A stretch of 64,000 bases of DNA from Bacteroidota bacterium. GTDB taxonomy: Bacteria; Bacteroidota; Bacteroidia; 2-12-FULL-35-15. Below are positions 8,777 to 17,092 of this stretch, piece by piece. The first letter of the stretch is position 1, and every line of letters begins with the position of its first letter. A program made the translations under genes and the position numbers. The notes under the pieces are model-generated. The model was not told the origin of the DNA, did no database searches, and worked only from the letters and a program-made list of their open reading frames with translations. The stretch lies in NCBI GenBank assembly GCA_947479085.1, contig CANJYB010000017.1, positions 34,955 to 98,954 on the forward strand, in the 5' to 3' direction.

Positions 8777-10429
8777 ATGACCTTATTAGTAATAGTAATA
8801 GCTTTAGCATTAATATTCGATTTTATTAACGGATTTCATGATGCGGCCAATTCGATAGCTACCATTGTTTCCACAAAAGTACTGACTCCTTTTCAGGCGG
8901 TGCTTTGGGCAGCATTTTTTAATTGTGTTGCTTTTTTAATTTTCAAAGACCATGCTGTGGCCAATACCATTGGCAAAACAGTTTATTCCGATTTTATTTC
9001 ATTGCCGGTAATCTGCAGCGGATTAATAGCCGCTATTTGCTGGAACTTACTTACCTGGTGGTATGGTATCCCGTCTTCCTCTTCGCATACACTTATTGGT
9101 GGTTTTGCAGGTTCGGCCATTGCTTATGCATTTCTTAGTAAAGGAATGATGCCTATAAGCGAAATCATTGACAGTGAAAAAATAGGAAAAACCATTATGT
9201 TTATTCTTCTTGCTCCACTTATCGGTATGCTTATTTCCATTTTTTACACCCTTATTTTTATTCAAAATAAAACATGGCTAAAGGTGGGTATTCTGGGTGC
9301 TTCCGCTGTTTTAATTTATTTTCTGTTCATCGGTTTTCAGAAAGATAAGTTATCCGAAAACATTAATAAATTTTTTAAAGTAGATAAATACACTTATGAA
9401 ATTAATGTAAAACATGATTCTACCAAGGCACACAAGCTTGAAAAAGCAATGCTGAGTGCTACTTTGTGCCAACCCTTTTTATCAAAATACGAATACAGCG
9501 GTTCGGAATATGTGGCCAACGAAATAGTAAACAATGTGGACATGAAGGAAATTACCATTAGCAGGCTGGGTGATAAACTGAACACTTTTTTTAAAATAGA
9601 TCAGCTTAAGAACAAGGCTAAAATAAATCCTGCGTTGAAAGAAGAATACCTGGCCACTCAAAATATTGTGGATAGTTTAAAACCTGTAACCAAGAAGTAT
9701 TTTGATTTGGGAGCTGATGGCATGGTGGCTACCATGACCACCATTTACCCTATGGAGGCTGATAAAATGAAAGACTTTAAGAAGGCCATGAAAATTGACA
9801 TAAAAGCCGACCTGACCAAAGAACTGAATAAGGCAGACAATAAAATAGTGCGCTGGGGCCTGGTAATTATGCTGTTTATTTTTGCCTTTATGTTTATTTA
9901 TAACGAAAAAATTAAAAATCCGAGTGCCACCCGAACCTCTAATTCCTTTAAACGGGCACAGTTGCTATCTTCTGCAGCTTTCAGTATTGGACATGGAGGA
10001 AACGATGCACAAAAGGTGATGGGAATTATTGCAGCAGCACTGGTTGCAAACGGAAGTATTGTGGATATTAAATCGATGCCCGACTGGATTCCATTGTCCT
10101 GCTATCTGGCCATAGGGTTAGGTACATTAAGCGGTGGCTGGAAAATTGTAAAAACCATGGGAACCAAAATTACCAAAGTAACTCCGCTGGAAGGTGTTTG
10201 TGCTGAAACGGCAGGTGCCACCACCTTGTTTTTAACCGAACAAATGGGAATTCCTGTTTCCACCACGCATACCATCACCGGGGCCATCATTGGGGTGGGT
10301 GCTACCAAGGGCTTAAGTGCGGTAAAATGGGGAGTGACCGTTAGCCTGCTGTGGGCATGGGTACTTACTATTCCTATAAGTGCTTTATTAGGTGGTTTGT
10401 TTTACTGGATATTCAGTTTGTTTTTATAA
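8777..10429 (+). CDS. pit: PiT-family inorganic phosphate transporter with large insertion
   Basis: GFHDAANS, PSSSSH, HGGNDAQK, PVSTTH signatures. Confidence 0.92.
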   Translation: MTLLVIVIALALIFDFINGFHDAANSIATIVSTKVLTPFQAVLWAAFFNCVAFLIFKDHAVANTIGKTVYSDFISLPVICSGLIAAICWNLLTWWYGIPSSSSHTLIGGFAGSAIAYAFLSKGMMPISEIIDSEKIGKTIMFILLAPLIGMLISIFYTLIFIQNKTWLKVGILGASAVLIYFLFIGFQKDKLSENINKFFKVDKYTYEINVKHDSTKAHKLEKAMLSATLCQPFLSKYEYSGSEYVANEIVNNVDMKEITISRLGDKLNTFFKIDQLKNKAKINPALKEEYLATQNIVDSLKPVTKKYFDLGADGMVATMTTIYPMEADKMKDFKKAMKIDIKADLTKELNKADNKIVRWGLVIMLFIFAFMFIYNEKIKNPSATRTSNSFKRAQLLSSAAFSIGHGGNDAQKVMGIIAAALVANGSIVDIKSMPDWIPLSCYLAIGLGTLSGGWKIVKTMGTKITKVTPLEGVCAETAGATTLFLTEQMGIPVSTTHTITGAIIGVGATKGLSAVKWGVTVSLLWAWVLTIPISALLGGLFYWIFSLFL

Positions 10430-10458
10430 AAAGCATATTCAAATCCTATAACAAACTC

Positions 10459-10489
10459 AAAAAGCCTTTCCATTTGGAGAGGCTTTTTT
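10459..10489 (+). terminator. Rho-independent terminator
   Basis: AAAAAGCCTTTCC-ATTT-GGAGAGGCTTTTTT. Confidence 0.8.
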
Positions 10490-10574
10490 GCTCTTAAAAC
10501 ATCCTTTATTACTGTTTTTTTCTTTTCCTTCATTCCCAATTTGTTTTTGTTTTGACTTTTTATTTGAAAAGATA

Positions 10575-10698
10575 CTCCCCGATTATTTATAAACTGTCTT
10601 CCCGCTTTACACCTGTGCTGAGCCTGCCGAAGTACTGCAATCTTTTTCTTTTTTTGAAATAAAAAAAGAAAAAGGATTTCCGTTTCAATCGGGTTTAG
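10575..10698. repeat. Intergenic palindromic repeat element (Bacteroidota REP-like)
   Basis: CCCGCTTT...GCAATCTTTTTC..GAAAAAGGATTTCCG..AATCGGG hairpin with an embedded GCTGAGCCTGCCGAAG motif. Confidence 0.45.
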
Positions 10699-10770
10699 GG
10701 GGAAAGGTTCAGTTGCCTTAAATGGCTTTTTTTTAGATATGTTTTAATAAAAAAAATAAATCCTCTTCTG

Positions 10771-10808
10771 AAAAAAAAAGCTCCCCATTTCTGAGAAGCT
10801 TTTTTTTA
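10771..10808 (-). terminator. Terminator of the 10868-11818 gene
   Basis: A-tract GCTCCCC-ATTTC-TGAGAAGC T-tract, imperfect stem. Confidence 0.55.
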
Positions 10809-10867
10809 ATCTGAAATTTGAAATCGGTCATCCGACATCGGTCATCTGACATCCATCATCCGACACC

Positions 10868-11818
10868 TTACGAAATAATATCCAACTGATATATTCCGGG
10901 AGTATCGTTTTCATTCAGTATATATAAGTTATCGCCATTTGTAAAAAAATCATCAAACCGCTCTCTGATGGTATGCCCATGCTCTACAGTAAATGACGAC
11001 CCCACTTTTACACCTCTTAATTTCATTCCGATGGTAAGCGAAACAGCGCCTGTGTTATGAAACTTTGCAATTTTTCCTGCAAAATATTCGATTGGAATAT
11101 CTGTTTCGCTGTTTTTTGCAGGCTCTCCTTTTTTGCGCTCCAGGCGGTGTTGAGGATATAATAAGGTTTCGTTAAAATAAGTATATTTTGCTGTGGTGCT
11201 GTGGCGGTTGTTGTGTGCTATTTCCAGCACATTGTCTGTAAGCTGGTCCGAAAGCGCTTCGGCAGCGGTTTCTACAGTAACTATATCATTTCTTACAGCA
11301 GAGGTTTGCGAACCATGAGTGGTATCGGCACTTGTAAAAATGTTATTCAGACTGATTAAAGCAGCTTCGAAACCGGGAAGATCAGTGGCGTAAGTATGCG
11401 CTTTGGCAATAAGTGCAAGTATGTTTTGTTCAAACTGGTCATCCGAAGAGTTATAAATAAGCACTCTTAAAGTGGAAGGAAAAGTAGCAATAAAGCGAGG
11501 GTCGTTTTTGCCACCGAACAATGCTCTTGCCCATCCATAACGATTTGCAACATATACTTCGAGATTGGTACGGGCAAGGTCTTTGGCACTGGTGCCTCCT
11601 TTGCGGCTGCCTTTGTCAGTAGTTTTGGTAGTGCTCAATATTGCTAGGTTGTCGGCTGCTGCCGTGGTGGCGGTTATCAGGTCGTCATAAATGCCGCCCG
11701 GGTTATTGGCAACTATGCTCATGTTGCGTACATTGTCCCTCGCAAAATCAACCAAACGAAGGTGAGTAATTGCTTTTTCAAGAAAAAGCCCATCGAAAAA
11801 TCTTTGTAAGTCTAACAT
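10868..11818 (-). CDS. Hypothetical cytoplasmic protein (helical N-terminus, beta-rich C-terminus)
   Basis: 316-aa ORF with A-rich leader and terminator; no signal peptide. Confidence 0.7.
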   Translation of the reverse strand: MLDLQRFFDGLFLEKAITHLRLVDFARDNVRNMSIVANNPGGIYDDLITATTAAADNLAILSTTKTTDKGSRKGGTSAKDLARTNLEVYVANRYGWARALFGGKNDPRFIATFPSTLRVLIYNSSDDQFEQNILALIAKAHTYATDLPGFEAALISLNNIFTSADTTHGSQTSAVRNDIVTVETAAEALSDQLTDNVLEIAHNNRHSTTAKYTYFNETLLYPQHRLERKKGEPAKNSETDIPIEYFAGKIAKFHNTGAVSLTIGMKLRGVKVGSSFTVEHGHTIRERFDDFFTNGDNLYILNENDTPGIYQLDIIS

Positions 11819-11974
11819 CTTTTTTTTATTTTAAAAATTAATACTAAAGTGTGTGTTTATTTTACAGGTCAAATTTATTAAAAAATTTAATATTCAAATA
11901 TTTTCCCCTTTATTTTTTCTTTTTTTGTAAATCTTCTTAACTATTAAAACAAACGATTGCCATTTTTAGGAAAA

Positions 11975-12209
11975 GTCCACTTCCCGGGAGGTGATATATG
12001 CCAATTTTTTGTCATAGTCCTTCTTCCGGGAGGTGATATATGCCAACTTTTTGGTATAGTCCTTCTCCCGGGAGCTGATATATGCCAACTTTTTGGTATA
12101 GCCCTTCTCTCGGGAGGTGATATATGCCAACTTTTTGGTATAGCCCTTCTCTCGGGAGGTGATATATGCCAACTTTTTGGTATAGCCCACCTCCCGGGAG
12201 GTGATATAT
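11975..12209. repeat. Tandem repeat, 42-bp unit, about 5.5 copies
   Basis: GGGAG at 11986, 12028, 12070, 12112, 12154, 12196; unit GYCCTTCTCCCGGGAGGTGATATATGCCAACTTTTTGGTATA. Confidence 0.95.
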
Positions 12210-12459
12210 TCCGGCATTTCAAAATGGGAAAAATGGCTTTTTTGATAAAAAACTCATTTTAAGGCCATTTAAGCCATTATTTTAAAAAGATAGTATTTTC
12301 CGGCTTTTATGTTAAAAACAGGTTTTTGAGGCTTTTTTGGGAAAAAGAAGGAAAAACTCAGGGCAGGTTTAGGGTTTTCTGATTTATACATATATATATA
12401 TGTATAGGTTAAAAAAGGATTTACGAAACATCCGATTGCGTAAATCCTGACTTTAAAGG

Positions 12460-12518
12460 AGGATTTATGCAATTAGATGTATATTTGTTGCGTAGATATA
12501 TATGTTATCCGTAATTTT
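12460..12518 (+). mobile_element. attI-like recombination site with embedded -7 promoter element
   Basis: AGGATTTATGCAA (shared with the attC-like arm) ...TATATTTG (12480)...TTGCGTAGAT atatat G|TTATCCGTAATTTT. Confidence 0.5.
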
Positions 12519-12563
12519 ACGAACGTGCGTGCGAACCTTTAACATTTTAAAAACAGAAACGAA

Positions 12564-13349
12564 ATGAGCATAAGACATCACCTTAACTACAAAGACGGCT
12601 ACTACAAAATCAATCGTGAAGAAAGAAATTTAGCCGCAATTTTTTATCACACTCTTTTGCTTGGCGACAACCTTAAATTGTTTCTTGACGAAATAGGTTG
12701 CAAGTTTCCAATAGTAGAAAAAGAAATGGGAATTTATTTTGAGTACGCATATATTCGTGATTTATGGAGTACGAACACTCCAACAAATGAAATAAAAAGA
12801 AAACTTATTCTTGACCTCTTACAACCCAACAACAGACAAGAGTTAGAAAAACTATCAGTGCTTGACTTCAACACATACTTTGGTGCTAACAGAACATTAT
12901 CTACTGAATACATTGCAAGCCCAGGGAATTGGAGTATAAGATACTTTCACAAAACCATAACAGACAACGTTGAGTTTTTGAAAGTATGTAAATTCAAATG
13001 GTGTTTCAATGCAAAGCCCGACATTGTTATACATACTTCACACGACACAGCAGTTTGTATTGAAGCAAAGTTTGAAAGTGGCGAAGGAAAATATCCATCA
13101 ACAGACATTGAGAAAGAAATTTTCAAGAATAGAGGTATTGAACTTGTAGGACAACTATCAATACAGAAAAAAACTATGGAAGAACTTTTAGGTATTCAAA
13201 CAGAATACATCTTTTTAGTTCAGCGGAAATCAATAAACGAAACACATAAAGCTTGGACTTGGAAAGAAGCATTTGCAAAACTTGACACAACGAATTGCCC
13301 ATACTTTATTAAAGAGTGGCTAAAACGTTCAGACATTAACCAACAATAA
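12564..13349 (+). CDS. PD-(D/E)XK nuclease-like protein (cassette cargo)
   Basis: KPDIVI...CIEAKFES motif; codon choice appears different from its neighbours. Confidence 0.7.
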   Translation: MSIRHHLNYKDGYYKINREERNLAAIFYHTLLLGDNLKLFLDEIGCKFPIVEKEMGIYFEYAYIRDLWSTNTPTNEIKRKLILDLLQPNNRQELEKLSVLDFNTYFGANRTLSTEYIASPGNWSIRYFHKTITDNVEFLKVCKFKWCFNAKPDIVIHTSHDTAVCIEAKFESGEGKYPSTDIEKEIFKNRGIELVGQLSIQKKTMEELLGIQTEYIFLVQRKSINETHKAWTWKEAFAKLDTTNCPYFIKEWLKRSDINQQ

Positions 13350-13377
13350 AACGCTTGAAACCCTTGACACGAAAGAC

Positions 13378-13496
13378 AAAACTACGGATAACATAGGATT
13401 TATGCAATAAGTATTGGGGGGGCAGAATCGCTAACTTTGAAGTGTCTGCGGAAAATCCCCCCAATACTTACTGCATAAATCCTTCAAACGTTATGC
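13378..13496 (+). mobile_element. attC-like site
   Basis: ..GGATAAC at AGGATTTATGCA-A-TAAGTATTGGGGGG / CCCCCCAATACTTA-C-TGCATAAATCCT tcaaac GTTATGC; long near-perfect inverted repeat bounded by AAC...GTT. Confidence 0.65.
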
Positions 13497-13583
13497 GTCA
13501 TTGTGAGAACGCGCGTAACGAACAGACCCGAACAGACAACAGAAACGAAATGTTTGGAAACAAAATAATCCTAATTCATAGAA

Positions 13584-13883
13584 CTACTTTTTCTTTTTAG
13601 GAATTATTTTTTTCGGTTTAGGAGTTATTAATTCTTCTAACTCCTCCTTATTTAATTCGTAGCCGACCTGCAATAACTTGTACGGTTGAACATTCAAAGC
13701 GATACTTAACTTCAAAATAGTAATCATTGTTACATTGTACCCATTCTCTATTCTATGAATGTGTGCTCTTGTAAGTCCGACTTCTAAACCTAACTGCTCC
13801 ATAGAAAGTTTTCTTTTATTTCTATACTTTGCTATGTTCTCTCCAATTAAAATTAAAAATTGGTGAGGTTTTTCTTTTGGCAT
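13584..13883 (-). CDS. XRE-family HTH transcriptional regulator
   Basis: RNKRKLSMEQLGLEVGLTRAHIHRIENG; start at MPKEK. Confidence 0.85.
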   Translation of the reverse strand: MPKEKPHQFLILIGENIAKYRNKRKLSMEQLGLEVGLTRAHIHRIENGYNVTMITILKLSIALNVQPYKLLQVGYELNKEELEELITPKPKKIIPKKKK

Positions 13884-14000
13884 CTGATCTTTTATTTGAG
13901 ATATCAAAAGTCAGTTAAAGAAAATATTTTTAAGTTACCTTAAAAGGGAACATAATATTATATATATTTGCGAGGTATAAACAAACAAATAAAAAAAATA

Positions 14001-14528
14001 ATGGAAAAAACATTTACAAAAGTATTAGCAGTTATTATTATAATTGCAACGATCACAACTATTACAAGCTGTTCAACGGTTATTGACTTGGGGAAATTAA
14101 ACATGATTTCAGATAGAAATATCGATAGCAAAATGGATTATGTGTTAATTAAAAATTACGCAGGTGGTTCAAAGAAAGAAATAAAAAAAGGATTAAAGCG
14201 AACAAAAACAATTTCACTCGACATCGCGGTAGATGAAACCGTAAAAAATGTTGCTGGAGGTGAGTTTCTTAAAAATGTCAGAGTTTACGGATTAAAAAAA
14301 AGAAAAAAGATGTATTTATTAGTAGAAGGCGATGTTTGGGGTTCGGCTGGTAATGAAAGTTTCAGAGGATTTAAACTTGGGGACACAGTGCAATGGAAAG
14401 AATTAGGAGTAACACATAAAGGTACAATTACAGGACTTACTGATGCGACAAGATGTATGGTAAAAGAGGATGGAAAAGAAAACAGTGTTTCTTTAAAGTT
14501 TGCAAGTATCACAAAAGTAAGCGAATAA
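14001..14528 (+). CDS. Hypothetical lipoprotein with C-terminal SH3/KOW-like domain
   Basis: Lipobox ITSC; TATATTTG promoter box at 13963; ATG at 14001. Confidence 0.7.
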   Translation: MEKTFTKVLAVIIIIATITTITSCSTVIDLGKLNMISDRNIDSKMDYVLIKNYAGGSKKEIKKGLKRTKTISLDIAVDETVKNVAGGEFLKNVRVYGLKKRKKMYLLVEGDVWGSAGNESFRGFKLGDTVQWKELGVTHKGTITGLTDATRCMVKEDGKENSVSLKFASITKVSE

Positions 14529-14550
14529 AATTCTACATATTAACTATTTT

Positions 14551-14580
14551 AAAAGGTGCTTAAAATTAAGCACCTTTTTT
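14551..14580 (+). terminator. Rho-independent terminator
   Basis: AAAAGGTGCTTAA-AA-TTAAGCACCTTTTTT. Confidence 0.85.
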
Positions 14581-14742
14581 ATTTTACAACCAAGACGATA
14601 ATAAAATTAACTTTGCAACGTGAAAAGAATCCCCGTACGCGCTAAGCTGACGGGCAAGCAAAAGGGCAGGGCTTAGTGTGTAGTTAATGGTGTAAGCTGT
14701 GCTTACTGCTATTGCCTTTTACAAAGGCAAAGTCCCTTTCAA

Positions 14743-16587
14743 TTAAACAAACGCCTGCAAATCGTACAACTTTTTATAAGTACTGTTATTTGCTAATAAG
14801 GTGGTATGGGTTCCGCGCTCGATGATTTCACCTTTTTGCATTACTATAATTTCATCGGCATGTTGTATGGTAGAAAGCCGGTGAGCAATAACCAATGAAG
14901 TTCGGTTTTTCATTAATTTAAACAGCGCATCCTGCACCAGGCGTTCGCTTTCAGTATCTAATGCCGAAGTGGCTTCATCCAGTATTAATATAGGTGGGTT
15001 TTTAAGAACTGCTCTTGCTATGCTTATTCGTTGTCTTTGTCCTCCGCTCATTTTACTTCCACGGTCGCCTATGTTGGTTTGGTAGCCGTTTGCCATTTCG
15101 CTTATAAACTGATGTGCATTGGCTATTTTGGCAGCTTCTATCACTTGTTGTTCTGTTACGTTTTCTATCCCGAAGGCAATATTATTATATACAGTATCGT
15201 TAAATAAAATGGATTCCTGGGTAACAATGCCCATAATGGAGCGCACATCTTTTATTTTTGCCTGTTTTATTTCTACTCCATCTATCAATATTTGTCCTTC
15301 GGTGGTATCATAAAAACGGGGAAGCATATCTGCCAGGGTGGTTTTACCCGAACCCGATTGACCCACAAGGGCAATGGTTTTTCCTTTTTCAATTTTCAAA
15401 TTAATCTTGTTGAGTACCCAACCTACTTCGCCTTCGCGGTAAGCAAAGGAAACATTGCGGTATTCTATTTCTTTTTCAAAACCTTTTATTGGTTTAGGAT
15501 TTGGAGCATCTTTAATGGTTATTTCAGCATTTAATATTTTATCAATCCGTTCGGCAGAAGCCAATCCTTTTTGCACACTGTAATATGCAGCTGTGAATGA
15601 TTTGGCAGGAGCCAACAATTGCGAAAACATAACAATGTACATCAGCAGCAAGGTTCCATCCATGGTGTTATCCACTATTACCATTCTTCCTCCAAGATAA
15701 AGTATAACCACCATTACTGTAACTCCAAGCAGTTCGCTTAAGGGCGAAGCCAGATCTATTTTTCGAAACATCTTGATGGAGATGCTGGTATAGAGTTGAT
15801 TTTCCTGCCCGAATTTTTCACTCACTGTTTTCTCAGCATTAAATCCTTTGATGATGCGAAGCCCGCCCAGGGTTTCTTCCATGATGGATAAAAGCACTCC
15901 CATTTTTTCCTTGCTTCGCCCTGCCGAACGTTTTAAACTTTTACCAATTGCTCCTATTAATAAAGCAGTAATGGGTAATAATATAAAGGCTGTAATGGTT
16001 AACTTTATGCTGATGGCAAACATTAATATTAAATACACCACTATGGTTAACGGTTCACGAAATATCATTTCGAGCGATTGCATAATGCTCCACTCTATTT
16101 CGTTTACATCGGCTGTCATAACAGACATTACATCTCCCTTTCTTTCTTCGGAATAATACGAAAGCGGAAGGTCCATTGTTTTGTTAAATATTTTATTGCG
16201 TATGTCGCGCACCACTCCGTTACGGATGGGAGCAAGAAAATACATGGCTAAATAACGGGTAAGGTTTTTAAGAAAAATGGTAAAGATGATGAACAAACAA
16301 ATGGCAACAAGTACATTCAGTTTTCCATAATTAATAGCTCCGCTTGCCATGTGGTAATTAACATAGGCAACTATACTATCGGTGTTAAATGCAAATACCG
16401 GGTTTCCTTTGGCAATAATATCAGATAATTCGGATTCGGAATTGGAAAGTAAAATTTTGAGAAACGGAAACAGGGTAGCAATGGAAAACAAAGAAAAAAT
16501 GACGGAGAAAATATTAAAAACAATATTTAAAGTACCGTATCGCCAATAGCCTTTTACATAACGAAGAACGCCAAAGAATTTTTTCAT
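14743..16587 (-). CDS. MsbA-like ABC transporter (permease plus ATPase)
   Basis: GQSGSGKT, MSGGQRQR, LILDEATSALD; TM domain. Confidence 0.9.
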   Translation of the reverse strand: MKKFFGVLRYVKGYWRYGTLNIVFNIFSVIFSLFSIATLFPFLKILLSNSESELSDIIAKGNPVFAFNTDSIVAYVNYHMASGAINYGKLNVLVAICLFIIFTIFLKNLTRYLAMYFLAPIRNGVVRDIRNKIFNKTMDLPLSYYSEERKGDVMSVMTADVNEIEWSIMQSLEMIFREPLTIVVYLILMFAISIKLTITAFILLPITALLIGAIGKSLKRSAGRSKEKMGVLLSIMEETLGGLRIIKGFNAEKTVSEKFGQENQLYTSISIKMFRKIDLASPLSELLGVTVMVVILYLGGRMVIVDNTMDGTLLLMYIVMFSQLLAPAKSFTAAYYSVQKGLASAERIDKILNAEITIKDAPNPKPIKGFEKEIEYRNVSFAYREGEVGWVLNKINLKIEKGKTIALVGQSGSGKTTLADMLPRFYDTTEGQILIDGVEIKQAKIKDVRSIMGIVTQESILFNDTVYNNIAFGIENVTEQQVIEAAKIANAHQFISEMANGYQTNIGDRGSKMSGGQRQRISIARAVLKNPPILILDEATSALDTESERLVQDALFKLMKNRTSLVIAHRLSTIQHADEIIVMQKGEIIERGTHTTLLANNSTYKKLYDLQAFV

Positions 16588-16648
16588 TCCGCAAATATAC
16601 GCTTTGCAGCTATTTAATTGTTAATTTTGAATTCCTAAATAAATATAA

Positions 16649-16987
16649 ATGGATTCGACACGACAATTAAAAGTATCACGATTAATACAAAAAGAACTGG
16701 GAGAAATATTTCAGCGCGAAACCCGCATTCTTTTTGGCAATGCGCTTATAACAGTAACACAGGTAAGAGTTAGTCCCGACCTGGGAGTGGCCAAAGTATA
16801 TGTAAGTTTGTTCAACGTGCCCGATACAAAAGTTCTTTTGAAATCAATACAGGAACATACCAAGGAAATAAGACTGAAACTTTCGGACAGGATAAAAAAA
16901 CAGGTACGTATTATTCCTAATCTTGTTTTTTTCCTTGACGATTCGTTGGATTATGCATTGAGGATTGATGAATTGCTTAAAAAATAG
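16649..16987 (+). CDS. rbfA: Ribosome-binding factor A
   Basis: ITVTQVRVSPDLGVAKVYVS...RIIPNLVFFLDDS. Confidence 0.95.
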   Translation: MDSTRQLKVSRLIQKELGEIFQRETRILFGNALITVTQVRVSPDLGVAKVYVSLFNVPDTKVLLKSIQEHTKEIRLKLSDRIKKQVRIIPNLVFFLDDSLDYALRIDELLKK

Positions 16988-17027
16988 ATATGTTTTTATT
17001 ACTATGTTTTTTTGCTGAAATTACGAA

Positions 17028-17062
17028 TACCCCTGTCAGGGTTTAGAACCCTGACAGGGGTA
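17028..17062. repeat. REP-like palindrome, family A
   Basis: TACCCCTGTCAGGGTT-TAG-AACCCTGACAGGGGTA; related copies at 25254 and 60215. Confidence 0.85.
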
Positions 17063-17092
17063 ACTCTTTTAATAACGTAAACAATTTAATAA

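Noticed and set aside
11944..12262. Three overlapping ORFs across the 42-bp array
   Set aside because: Open frames on both strands are a by-product of a stop-poor repeat unit; no independent coding evidence.
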